Positions 1 to 11,763 of a stretch of DNA of 64,000 bases are shown piece by piece (the stretch's first letter is position 1; each line of letters opens with the position of its first letter). The stretch is from positions 11,408,001-11,472,000 of the forward strand of contig CM120646.1 of assembly GCA_051362555.1 (NCBI GenBank), in the 5' to 3' direction. The notes below the pieces were generated by a model. It saw only the letters and a program-made list of their open reading frames with translations, was not told the origin of the DNA and did no database searches. A program made the translations under genes and the position numbers. The DNA is from Lingula anatina (taxonomy: Eukaryota > Animalia > Brachiopoda).

Positions 1-376
1 GCTAAATGCATAAGTGAATATCAACAAACAGTTGTCACACGCATTTGTTCACAGCTATACTCGATACAGCCGATAAAATATGCCTATTACAACATGTATC
101 TGATGCAAACTGAAATTGCAGCCCGTCGGAGGAGTGTTGGTATTATCGCTGATTAAATTACCTAAAGGTTTAGAAATCATCCTGAGGCCCATGGACTGAC
201 GCTAAAAACCCAAGTGAATGTGACCAAGTGGTCGTCACAAGAAATTGTCCTTTGGTCTGTTTGATATGAACGATCAAAGTTCGCCAATTTTTTACCCTAG
301 TCCTAAAATCGAGCCTCATTCTGGGTTAGATAATCCCGTAACCGACTGTAAGAATAGGTGTTCAGCAACATGATGT

Positions 377-1505
377 TCATAGGACAGCTTGGCAGAATTC
401 CTCCATGGAAACCGCATACCCAGTCTAAAAGAAGCGAAAAAAGACCATAGCTGTTGTAAAAATTACATAATCATCCTAGTAGGCATACAGAAAGAGAAAA
501 AAGGTTTTTTGATAAAAGTTATATAGTTTGTATATGTAGCTCCCAAATATTTTTTGCATCAGTATACTTAATCTGTATACTTGGAGTAAATAAAGAACTA
601 TCCCAGGAAAGCCTATTAGATAGAAAAATACAATGCCAACATATTTTACTTTAAACCCTGTTTGTAATTGGATAAAGGTTTGTACACTTGCAATAAGAAA
701 TTTTACCTTATCTTACCTGTCTAATCTCAGCTTTCACCTGGTTGGGTATGATTGCCCTGATAAAAGAAAGCACATCTGCTGGGAAGCTGTAATGGCATCC
801 GTCCGGCCCAATGTCTTGCTTCTGTATAAAAAAAATTACAAAAAATGAATGTTATAACCAAGTGATAGAAACTGGATAAAGTCAACTTCTAATAAAAATC
901 TTATTTGACCTTTTAAAAGTCAGACTCTGTAAAGAAATAGCCCTACACTATTACAAAATACTTTAACCAACACATTTTACACGTTTGTAATAAAAGTGAA
1001 AAACAACATTTTTGTCCTAATGTTTTGCAAAGGAACTCATACTGAAGATTGCTATATTAAAAATAACGTGTTTTTTTTTTACCTTCAATGCCCTTGCCCA
1101 AGAGCTGTAGTGCATGAAACGAATTTTAATATGTGTTTTTCCTTTCATTTTTGCGGCTGTGACTGTATGATCTAATCCTTTTGCGAACTCTTTCCCATCA
1201 AACCTAAAAATAAAAGGAAGGTAAGATAAATACGACGCACGTGGTACCTCAACACATCAGACTTATTCATAAGATAACTTCATTCAGTGCCCTGTGTGAT
1301 CTAGTATTAGACGCAATCCACGGTAAAATGCCGACGCAACTTTTACATGTTTCAAAAGATTTTAATAGATACTTTTTTACAATCAACACGTTCGTGGTTT
1401 CAAAACTCACCCACACTCAGCCATTTCACTCAAAAGCCTTCTCTCAGCCACTTTTATCGCTGATTCTTGTGCAGCTGAGCGTCTCCCCTTTATCTTAGCT
1501 GGCAT
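377..1505 (-). CDS. Four-exon gene for a 122-aa protein of unknown function (exons 1505-1411, 1203-1083, 821-717, 424-377)
   Basis: Three GT-AG introns (gtgagt, gtaaaa, gtaaga donors; pyrimidine-rich acceptors) join in compatible phases (2,0,0) into a stop-free ORF: MPAKIKGRRSAAQESAIKVAERRLLSEMAECGFDGKEFAKGLDHTVTAAKMKGKTHIKIRFMHYSSWARALKKQDIGPDGCHYSFPADVLSFIRAIIPNQVKAEIRQTGYAVSMEEFCQAVL*. Not in the ORF track. Confidence 0.7.
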
Positions 1506-2857
1506 TTTGAGAAATACTGCTATGAGATATTCGCTGGATTTTTCCGTTGATCTGACGATTACCAAGTGTCGTGCAAAATAATCCTGCAGCGTTACCCGTC
1601 AAAAAAACTCGTGTTAACACAAGTGACGGACACTTGCTCTCGACACAGTTTTATCTGATCACTTTGCCGATAACAAAGAAGGAATCTCTCAGGTAAAATT
1701 ACTCGATTGCCGAGGAAGAGCCATTGAAACGATCAAATGCAACTTCACACCTCTTAATTGCGGTTAAACGTAATCGCCTTTGTTAGCGCTTCCTTCTACA
1801 TATCCTTGACACCCTACGGGGCATCACTAGGCTAGCACCCTCTCCAGAGCTGTCAATCAAAGTGGCGGCACGCTTACATGCCTAACGAGTGGTCGGAAAA
1901 TGTAACAAAAGCACGATTTTCTGCCCCTTCAAAGCACCCAAACAAAATATTTTTAGATGACAATAAGCAATGGTTCCATCTGATCGTATAACCGATAACA
2001 GGTAAATTTGCCAGCTAAGCATTTTGACTAATAAGCCCTGTTAACCAACCTGTGAACGTTTTTGGCTGTTTTAACAGCTTTCTATATTGACGAGATAAGT
2101 GAATCGCTGCCGAGTATATCTCACTATCTGAGCAACCGATCGTTACAAAAGTTGCACCTATTGTTGTTAGGAATGTGGACTACAGCATGATATCAGGGGT
2201 TTAAGAGGAAATTGTTTGTTTGAAAGTTATCGCCTTTTAAAGTGAATAACCCATTGAAATATGGGCTGATTTAACGTAAAAGATGATAAAATCAAAAGTA
2301 AATAGTTAAAGACAATTCCCTGGTACCGCGCTGTAGTGCTTTCACCCAGCTTTATGAGGCCTTTTGAATCACTTGAATAGCTGTCTTGGTTATAGAGAAA
2401 ATCCCAATACCGAAAACGGCATTTTTCCCCTCAAATTGGCGCCAGAGCGTCATCCGTTGGACACTGTACTTAATCCCCGTCTTTAATTGGCCTTTTGGGA
2501 AGTTTGTTTTAATTTTTTATTAAAACTTACAAGCCCAGGGCTTTGTTTCTATGACTTTGGTCCTTTTACTATAAGTCCCCTTAAATACTGTAAAAACAGG
2601 AAAGAGGAAAAGAGAAAATACAAAACTATGGTGATAACTCTTATTACTGTTGCGTATCCGTGTGCATTTGTTCAGTTGTTTGATGCATTAGCAGACTGTT
2701 GGCAATGCGCATTGAGACATAGTTTCCATTAATTACATTTATATATTATATTCTGGTCTCACTTCGTTATGAAAATATGGTGTACACGTACGTGTGTTGT
2801 GCAGCAGTGAGCACCTTCATGTTGGACTAAATGCATGAGGGTTGTATTTCAAATAAT

Positions 2858-4019
2858 CTGCTCATGGCCAGAAATGCGCAGCATTCACGCGATACACGAC
2901 GGCGCTACAGTAGGGCTTCACGTGACTCAACTAGCCAATCACAGCACAACAATGGCATCGCACACAGACTCTGTGATAAGTGCTCAGCCCATTGTCAAGT
3001 AGTGTTAATTCATGGTAACAAGCGTCTGACATGTGCAGAGAAGTTTATTGCAATATATATTGTTCTTATTGTTACATTATTAAATCTAACTCTGTAACCA
3101 AGTAGTAACTATACTGTACCAAGTCAGGTACTGATGATGTGCAGAGGTCATATATTCCAGAATAAGCCATTACCACTAATTTATAACTTTAATTTTGTTT
3201 AATATGTTATTCATGAAAGAGTTCATGAAAGATTATTTTAATTTATTAAATCGTGATCTTATTCTTTTTATATTCAAAAAATTGAATAATGTGGGTAAAA
3301 TTGGTCTTCCACTTCTTATTTGCATTTTTCCTTTACTACAAGATTATTTTGGAACAGTTGCAGCATTAAAATTTAAAATAAATAGCAATCTGAAAGGAGA
3401 ATTTTGCATTATTATTAAATGATGATAGGAATTTTGGATTAAGAGATTAGTTAAATACTGAGTAGTGATATTGTCAGTCAATTTATGTAGAATCTGATAA
3501 TATGATTGAAAATACTGATTGAATGCTTGGCCTTGCACTGGGCAGTTTCACATTTGTGCCAAGTGCTTTTGGACTCCATTGTACAGTGGTAAAAGTTCTT
3601 CAATTGCCACGAAAGTTTTTAATCAGACTCTGTATGGTGCTGCTATCTGCTGGTGCTATATCGGCAACGAATTAGTTTGCCTTTGTTTCTGAGTGAATCT
3701 ACCGTCTAAAATCACTATTTCTGAAAATATGTGCGTTTTGCTGAGGGTAGGCTAGGCAGTACACGGCAATCTTCTTAGTACGTGGGTACAACATAATTTT
3801 TTTAAAAAACCTAGCGATATTTGGTCAGGAGTTGCTTGAAGCATAGAACAGCGTTGCTGTCTATCGGCATCAGGCCGTTAGTTTGTCAATTATCACGAAT
3901 TACCCACGAATCGCGAACCCATTCATGTTCCTATGGCAATCTAGCAACTCATTAAAAATGCACGCATGCGCAGTGGGCTAAGCGTGAAGTCATGCAGTGC
4001 ATTTCTGGGGATGAGCCAG
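2858..4019. mobile_element. Old non-autonomous TIR element
   Basis: Imperfect inverted ends ctg-ctcatggccagaaatgcgcagcat / atgcagtgcatttctggggatgagccag; no TSD or coding capacity seen. Confidence 0.45.
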
Positions 4020-5123
4020 TCCTTTTGAATAGGTTACGTACATGTATAAAGGACGGCGAGATTGGGCATTAAATTGATAGTGAAAGCTTTGGGTGTTGAA
4101 TTTTTGACCTTCAGGCAGCTCAAGAAGCAGCTTAAGAGGGCTCAATTGTATCTTATGTATAACTGAGATGAAGCATTTGACAGTAATTTTAACGCAATCT
4201 GAACACGGTTTGTCTGGATTATTATACCCGTATTTGAGTTAGTATACACGGACTAGTGCTAAATTTCATTTTACTCTTCGCTATGCTTGAATATATAATA
4301 ATGTCCGACTTGAAAGGAAAATCAATAAAAGGAAATGCTGGGACTACAGTATTCGTTATAGCTGTCCTGAACATGGATATACATTCAGGGATTCTAGATA
4401 CCTGTACATTTAACTCCTGGAGATTCATCGCCCAGTATGGTTTCTCAACGGAAAATAAGAAATTTTCTTATACTCACGAATCATTTAACATTCTCTCTGC
4501 ACTTGGTATCGACCTTTGACAACTTTTGTAAAGCTTGATTTGAAACGTAAAATGACTGGCCAACCATTATAACAGCGACCATTTCCCATAAGCTTAAAGG
4601 GAAATATCAACATTAGGAACGCTGCAGAAAAAAAAAACTAGGGGTTTAATCATCCCAAGGTGTGTGTGATGTTTTATCAGAAACTATGGATGGCAAAATA
4701 AGCATTTGAGAGGATTTTCAAACCCATGAAGGGTACCTTTAGGCAGCAATTATGCAAAAAGGTTCTGGGAGCGATGCATCGGAATACAACGGAAAAGAGA
4801 AGGTCTCTGACGGGGACGATCTGATGCAAAGACGGAGATATGGAAAATGTGTAGAAAGGATACGCCGTTTATGAAGAGGGGAGTGGAATTATACATTGAA
4901 ATATAAAGAGTGTGAAGTTGTACATTCGCACTTGAAAAATGTAATGAAACCTTATTGTGGTAGCGAAGTTTCACTGCCACGTTGAATGTTTATAATATCA
5001 CGTGACGTAAATTATGTGCAGTTGGCAGGCTATGAGAAATGGATATGTCTGACTTTATTGTTTTTTTTCTGTTTACACGTTAGTCAACAGTTATCAAAAC
5101 AGAAATAGAACGGTAACAATGAC

Positions 5124-5197
5124 ATGTGAAGATTACCCAAACGTGAAGATGACCCAAACATGTGAAGATGATCCAAATATGTGAAGATGATCCAAAC
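5124..5197 (+). repeat. About four copies of a ~19-bp minisatellite (atgtgaagatgayccaaac) overlapping the start of the gene A leader exon
   Basis: Tandem units directly visible. Confidence 0.8.
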
Positions 5198-5237
5198 ACG
5201 CAGACAGCTGCTATCTTTGCGTTGCTGGTAATGCTGG
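5168..5237 (+). CDS. IgSF gene A, candidate leader exon (MIQICEDDPNTQTAAIFALLVML)
   Basis: Hydrophobic stretch ending at a strong phase-1 donor g|gtgagt; splices in frame to the V exon at 15277 to give ...ALLVMLACCSSEA-LQED, a plausible signal peptide. Confidence 0.6.
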
Positions 5238-5835
5238 GTGAGTTAAGTATTGATTCACATTTTGATTTGCCTGAACATCATAGCAGTGCTCCCATTCTTC
5301 AATGTGGGAGAGAAATAACAAGAATGTGGGGGTATAAAATTATTTACCTACGCAGTGAAATACTCTGGTCCACAGGTCCAAGCTTCCAGTCTTGATAAGA
5401 TTTCCACATTGTGCTGGTAATTATTAGGCTTGTGAATAATTTAAATGCAATTTGTAAGAGTAAAACAGCTGTAAGCGTCTGGTTGACTGTACTGTACTAA
5501 ATTATAAATCAGACCATGAGGTCTACTACCCCTCGAGGAATTGTGTCTGAGAAGGTTTCATTAGAGTCACGTACGTACGCCTTAACTTTTTCACCCTGTG
5601 CCAGCTGATCTCACGGGTGTGTTGCTTAAACATTAGCAATCCGTTCTATTCTGGTGACGTAGCTGAAGCTGCGTACGCAACTCTGTCCGCCATTATGTAC
5701 CTCTGCGCACCAAAGCACAATACCGGGGACATTCGTCAAGTTTTAATTTAAAAGCATGCCTGTCTGCGGAATAGTGGGCTGTTCCCGTCGTCAGGGTGAG
5801 GAAATAGGGATAAGGTTTTTCAAAGTGTTTTTCAA

Positions 5836-8800
5836 AGTTTGTGTAACAGTGTGAAAGACAGGCAACGATCTCGAGTCGCTGTTGATATTGTTCGCAATTA
5901 ATATTGGAGTATACCGCCTACATGTAAACATCAGACAAGGCGTTGAGATCGATAAAAGTGGAGGTTTATCTGAAAAATTAGATGCCATTTTTGTGAAATG
6001 ACTTATTAAGTGATGTGCATGTACCGAACATGTTTAAATTCTTGATTTTTATTATTTGAAACATCTTCATACACGGTCTCATATTTATATTTCTCTCAGG
6101 CCATACTCATTTTATTGTATAACATGGGTCTCTAAAGCACAGGACATTGTGAAAGTTAATTGGGTACAGAGACTTGTTATCCTTTATGCAGTTTTATAGC
6201 ATGGATGAACTAGAAACAGGCTTTACTTAGCTTTACTTAATTTACGAAAATTTAAACAAAATCAATCTGCAAGGCTTGCTTTGACTTGATGTTAACCTAA
6301 CACTGGTTTTAAAAGGAGAAATATAAATATGTTGGATGGTTTAAATCACCGACACCGTTCTGTTTTAACTTAACGTGGTCATATACACAGTAACACAGAT
6401 GATATTTATAAGTTGTCTGTCGTTCAGCACGCATTATAGGCGAGTAGCCAAACAGTGACGATGATCAATCCAAGTAAAATCTAGGCAAATATTGTTTACA
6501 AAATAGATCATGATGAATAAACCTACGCTTTAATAAATAATCACCACACGGTTCTGTTTTTGTCACTTAAAAGCTTTCGTTTTAAGACGCTCAATGATAT
6601 CAAAAATGATTCGACGCTTTAAAAATGGACCGGTTCAAGGGGCATTTTTTGTTTCAGCTTGGGACTTCAGGTAGAGGATTCAGTGTAGGTGTTTCCTCGG
6701 ATGATAACAGCATCACACCCTAGGTCTAAGCGAGTTGACTAGAAGCTTTTTGTCCAAGCATCCTATTCCTACTACTAAAGTAATACAGGTAACTCTAAAC
6801 CACAAAAGTTTGTGCGGTAAAAATATTTAAACTAAATGAGGTGCATTGACAGAGGCACAAGTACAATCCAACGCCAACGTGCAACAGGGGAAAGTCTGAC
6901 AGTGTATTACATAATATATGAAAGTGCGGTCAATATTAACAGTGTAAGACATCAGTTAAAGAGGAGGGGGTCTTACTATCTTTTGTTAAACGCGACTGTT
7001 ATTATCTCTCGAACAAGCTTAAACCATGCCTCATACAATTACTGTGTCTCCGGCTGTCGTGCAGAAACGGCATGTCGAACATATTTTGCTACAGTTACAA
7101 ACAGGGAAAACTAGCGACTTAGTTGTTCTAGATCGCTCTAGTAAGAAAGCATAAGTGCGGCGCCCGGGCAAAACAATCAACTACCCGGTATAACATTCAT
7201 ATCTTAGCGTTTACATATGACGCGCAAAGAGCTAAGTACATATGACGCGCAAAGAGCTAAGCAATTAGCCTTGACAAAGTGGTCCGTTTTTAAACAACAA
7301 CGAGAAAAAAGAACGCCTTGTCATAGTTATGAGACAAATCGCTTGCAACGTGCAACAAGGGGGATGGCTGACAGTGTGGTCACACTACATGTTTATGAAA
7401 GTACGTTGAATTAACAGTCTTCGACATCGCCCAAAGAGGAGGGACTTACTGTAGCCCTCAATCTATTGTTAAACGCGATCATTATCTTTTCTCATACAAC
7501 CTTAAACAAAACCTAAACAGTAAGATTGTTAAATTAGATAAGTGATGTAAAATCATATTGGAAATTTACGTTGACGACGGAGACTTCCATTCGCAAAGTT
7601 AATGAAACAAGACTGGTCCAAGTTAACTGCCCATATTGAATAAATCTTGGACTGTTAAACCTAAAGCCATGCTTCACTTTGGTAATAGTTATTTAGTAAG
7701 CTAGGTTTATTCACATATATCACAAAGCATAAGAGCGTTATGCTGCAAACAACTCATTTTGAACGCAATCGTCATCGCTGCCGAACAACCTGAAATCATG
7801 CCTATACAATATTAGGAGATGCACGTCGATTAAAAGATTCATCACCTGGGTGCCCAGCACTATTATGAAAAGGAAAAATGACTTGACGTTTCATGCACAA
7901 TCATCATCGAAAGCCTTATATCAATATGCTGCATGCGCAATCGATTTTTATCAAAATAAAAAGTGTGTTTCATACAAGCAAAATCTAACTTTCCTTTATA
8001 ACTGTTACTGAACAGCGAAGAGTTACATAAACCCAGTTATAAAATTACAAATGTAATTATGAGGCTAATTTCTCTAATGTGGAATGAAATATTTTGTTGG
8101 CTTTCAAATGATAGGACACTCACTTTAATCAAAAAAGAAGTTAGTTAATGTGCTCGTTCCCCTAACGCGGTGCCAAAAGGTCCCATCAAATAACCAGATA
8201 CACATCTGTCTATACTGGTGTTAATGATTTATACCATCTAATTTTTATCTTTTTTATGTGATTCTTAATGTCATCTAATTATTTACTTAATTCTTTAAAT
8301 AATTTATTTATTTATTTATCAAGCCCGTAGCCAGCAATTTCAAAGGGGGGGAGGTCTTTTTCTGAAAAAGTAGACCTTTTACCGAAAAATCCCCATGTAC
8401 TTATGTCAAATTTTACCCAGAGTGGACCTTTTTTCAGCAAAAGGGGGTTCTTTCGAACCTCTTGAACTCCCCCTGGCTGCGGGCCTGTTTATTTATTTAT
8501 TTATTTATTTATTAAGATTTTCTATTATTATCCTTTTACGGATTCGCTCTATTATTTTATATAAAATGTAACTTAATGTAGTAATTGAGGCAACACGTCA
8601 GCTTGTAATGTGAATAAATTGTTTTAATAATGTTTCTTTCTTTGTTATTTCTAAACAGTAATCAATTTTTACACAGGTCGCGATGATGAAAATTTGTGTA
8701 CGGAGCATCTTTAAACTTTTTGAGACGGGGTGATTTGTTGATCATGCTGATGTACGATGCTGATGCATGTTTATCAAATTCAATTTTTGACCACAGAACA

Positions 8801-9259
8801 CTTCATATTGAATTAAATAACTGATACTAAATTAAACTAGCAGTTATCTTGCAACACTTAAAACATGATCAGCTGCGCGTGCCAAGCTAGTGAACATAAG
8901 GATAGGTGGCCACGGGAGTGGCACGGGTTAGCATGGGTTCTAGCATCTTAAAGCTATAATCCTATCGCCGCAACAAACAATGGGCACTTTCTGGCTGATG
9001 TATCCTGCTGTTAACTACACCTAGTCACAGCGGATTGTCGCGCTCGCGCTGGACCACAGAAACAGGCGTCATGGGGTTCACTCGCCTAAGGTATTGTGTG
9101 TTATTACGCCTAAACTATTGTGTTTTTGCGTTCGAATTTTGAAGGGATTAGACGGCTTTCCATTGTTTGTCCGCCCCCTTCTATTCACAGGATAGGGATT
9201 AAAACATTCTGACGCTTTTAAAACGTCGTACAACGGAAACATAATTATTATTTCTACTG
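5836..9259 (+). mobile_element. Unclassified non-coding repeat family X, copy 1 (truncated), nested in the ISL2EU transposase gene
   Basis: Near-identical to the reverse complement of 56188-~59730 (mirrored ORFs 6836/58738 and 7217/58357); ends ...ctactg|TA. Confidence 0.85.
8320..8487. mobile_element. 168-bp MITE (hAT-like CAGG ends) in a (TTTA)n tract inside family X; second copy at 56964-57134
   Basis: 15-bp TIRs caagcccgtagccag / ctggctgcgggcctg. Confidence 0.75.
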
Positions 9260-11119
9260 TATATACACAGTCTGTTACATCTGTAAATACACCATTTTAT
9301 ATAATTTTATTTCCATGTTATTCATCATTGTAATTTTACATGTTATTTTTTTTATTTCAGAGACAAAGGCTTATTTGCATGACAGGACAAATCCTTCCTG
9401 GGCGCCAACAATAAATCTGGGTTATAGCCAGCGGGCTTCAACTCCACAAATTAACAGTGACAGATTCAGAAGGGCTAAGCAGTGTAAAGAAAAGAGAAAG
9501 ATTTCTGATGCAGTGTCTTCTCTTTTAAACCTCAAGAAAGTGAGACTTGAACTTGACAACGAAAGACAGGAAAACACTGAAACAAACAATGACTGCTTGA
9601 GTGAAAGCAACACAGGTTTAGATAATGATGATCAACCAACACTTGCCCATGAAACTGACTGTGAAGCTGAGGAATATGTCAATAACACCAAAGACACACA
9701 AACCCAGTTAACAGGACAAGTCACTGAGCAAATTGTAGCTGACAACAGGGCTAGAGTAGCAGAGTTAGAAGGAAATGACAAAGCTGGTTGTAAACGCCAG
9801 GGTCTGTACAGATTTGAAACTTATGAGATAGATCCTAGCAAAGCTATATTTTACACTGGTCTACCAAGCATAGATGTTAGTGTTTGAACTAGTGAAATGT
9901 CAAATGAGCAACAATTTTAGAAGCTTAAGCAAAGAAAATCAGTTTATGCTTTGTCTTATAAGACTTAGAATGAATTACACTTTTCAGGATATTGCAGATC
10001 AGTTAAATGTCTCACAAGCAACAGTTCAGAGAAGTTTTCATGCTACACTTGATGTTCTTAATGCGAGGCTAGGTTTCTTGGTCAACTGGCCAGAAAGAGA
10101 GGATCTTAGAGAATCTATGCCTATGGTGTTCAGAAAAGGCTTTGGTGAGAAAGTTTGCATTGTATTAGATTGCTTTGAACTGAGGATAGAAAAGCCCAGT
10201 GGTGCTTTGAGCAAAGTGTTCACATATTCAATCTACAAGCGTTCTCATACTGTAAAATATCTGCTAGGAATGGCTCCGCAAGGTGTAGTTACCTGGATAT
10301 CTGAAGGGTGGGGAGGACGAACGTCTGATAAGCACGTAACAGAAGATTCTACTTTACTAGAAAATCTATTACCTGGAGATATTGTTATGGTTGACAGAGG
10401 TTTTCTTATTGATGAATCTGTTAATTTTTATCAGGCATCGGTAGCTCGCCCAGGATTTACCCGTGGCCATCCTCAGTTGCAACCTCTAGAGGTGGAGAAT
10501 ACACGTTCCATTGCAAATGTCCGTATTCATGTTGAACGAATAATAGGGCTGGTTTGTAGAAAGTTCAAAATCTTTGAGAGCATTATACCTATAGAGTTCT
10601 TAAAATTGAAAAAAGGTGAAAATGTCCCGACCATAGACAAGATTGTCAAAGTTTGCTGTTGCTTGACAAATCTTTGTCTGTCTGTTGTGCCATTTGACTA
10701 GTATAATTTTGCAAAATGGATGATAACAACATGTATTCAACTCTGGAGTTGTGTTTACTGTTTGCAGTATTAATACACAAGAATAAGTTTATGCATAAGT
10801 AAATAGTCACAAATAAAGTTTCTTACAAGAAATTTTGATTTCTTTATTTATTCTTTATATTCATATATACGTTGTAATAAAAGCAGATACCATCGTATTT
10901 AAGAAATAAAACTTACAAGTTCATCATCACAAGAATTTATTATGAAACTTTGAGCTTTCGTTTAAGATAATCGGCTGGTGTTACATGAACATTTTGACAC
11001 TCTAATACCAGTCCTCAGGAAAATTTTCCAACATTTTGGAAATAATTTTTAAGAAGTTTCAGAATGACTTTGCATTATTTATTGCACACTTGTTTTAACA
11101 CAACACAGAATAAAGAAAA

Positions 11120-11685
11120 CACATCTAGACTAAATATAAACAAAAATGATAAAAGAAAATGAGCAAAATCATGGCTTGCTTATTGCACTATCAGTTGGAC
11201 TAGTATCTCTCTTGAACAAAATATACATCACAGGAAAAGTACAATCCTGGGATATAATGACACAAAATAACCTAAAATCTACAGACTTAGCTAGTTAAAA
11301 CACACCATTGCATTAGGGAATAAACATCTTTAAAGGTACTGGCTCAAAATAAGCTTCGACTTCACTAAAAGGCATGAGAGACAACCATTTTGAATTGCAA
11401 TTTTCACCATCAGAACCTATCACATTTGTAAAGTACATCTAGAATAAATTTAAAAATGATAAAACAAATGGTGAGCAAAATCATGGCTTAGGTATTGCAC
11501 TATTAGTTTTGATGAATATCTGTCTTGAATAAAGAAATTTAGATCACAGACCAAGTACAATCCTGGGGACTAATAATACAAAAGATCCCCAAAATCTACA
11601 GGCTTTGCCTTCTTTATATTCAGGGTATTGTAACAAAAACATTCCATTGCATTGAGGGAATAAACATCTTTATAAGTGACTGGAT
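11120..11685 (+). repeat. Diverged ~300-bp direct duplication in the spacer between the two ISL2EU genes
   Basis: acatctaga..aaaaatgataaaa..gagcaaaatcatggctt..attgcactat..aagtacaatcctggg..ccattgcatt..gggaataaacatcttta occurs twice. Confidence 0.7.
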
Positions 11686-11763
11686 CATACTAACATTACA
11701 TTACAATGCTAGTTTACTTCACTTACATGTTTTCAGAATTCAATTATCACCACCATAACCTAA

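Larger units (their letters stand above)
5756..10701 (+). pseudogene. THAP + HTH + DDE_Tnp_4 (Harbinger/ISL2EU-type) transposase, disrupted
   Basis: THAP start MPVCGIVGCSRR..IRFFKV at 5756, cut at ~5835; exon from 9361 carries the THAP end (NPSWAPTINLGY); frameshift near 9875 between FYTGLPS and VFELV; then HTH (LIRLRMN..QDIA..LNVSQATV) and DDE motifs VLDCFE, GGRTSDK, VMVDRGF, RIHVERIIG. Confidence 0.88.

Noticed and set aside
2440-2468. TACAGTG on the minus strand as a Transib/ProtoRAG terminus
   Set aside because: One mismatch to CACAGTG, no nonamer-like motif, other end outside the window; a TA + CAGTG end fits equally well.
5124-5197. Short repeats as a CRISPR array
   Set aside because: Eukaryotic context, tandem units without unique spacers, no cas genes.
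6836-7414. ORFs of 92 and 65 aa repeated at 58160-58738 as conserved genes
   Set aside because: Conservation only reflects recent copying of family X; no motifs, and not preserved in the diverged copy 2.
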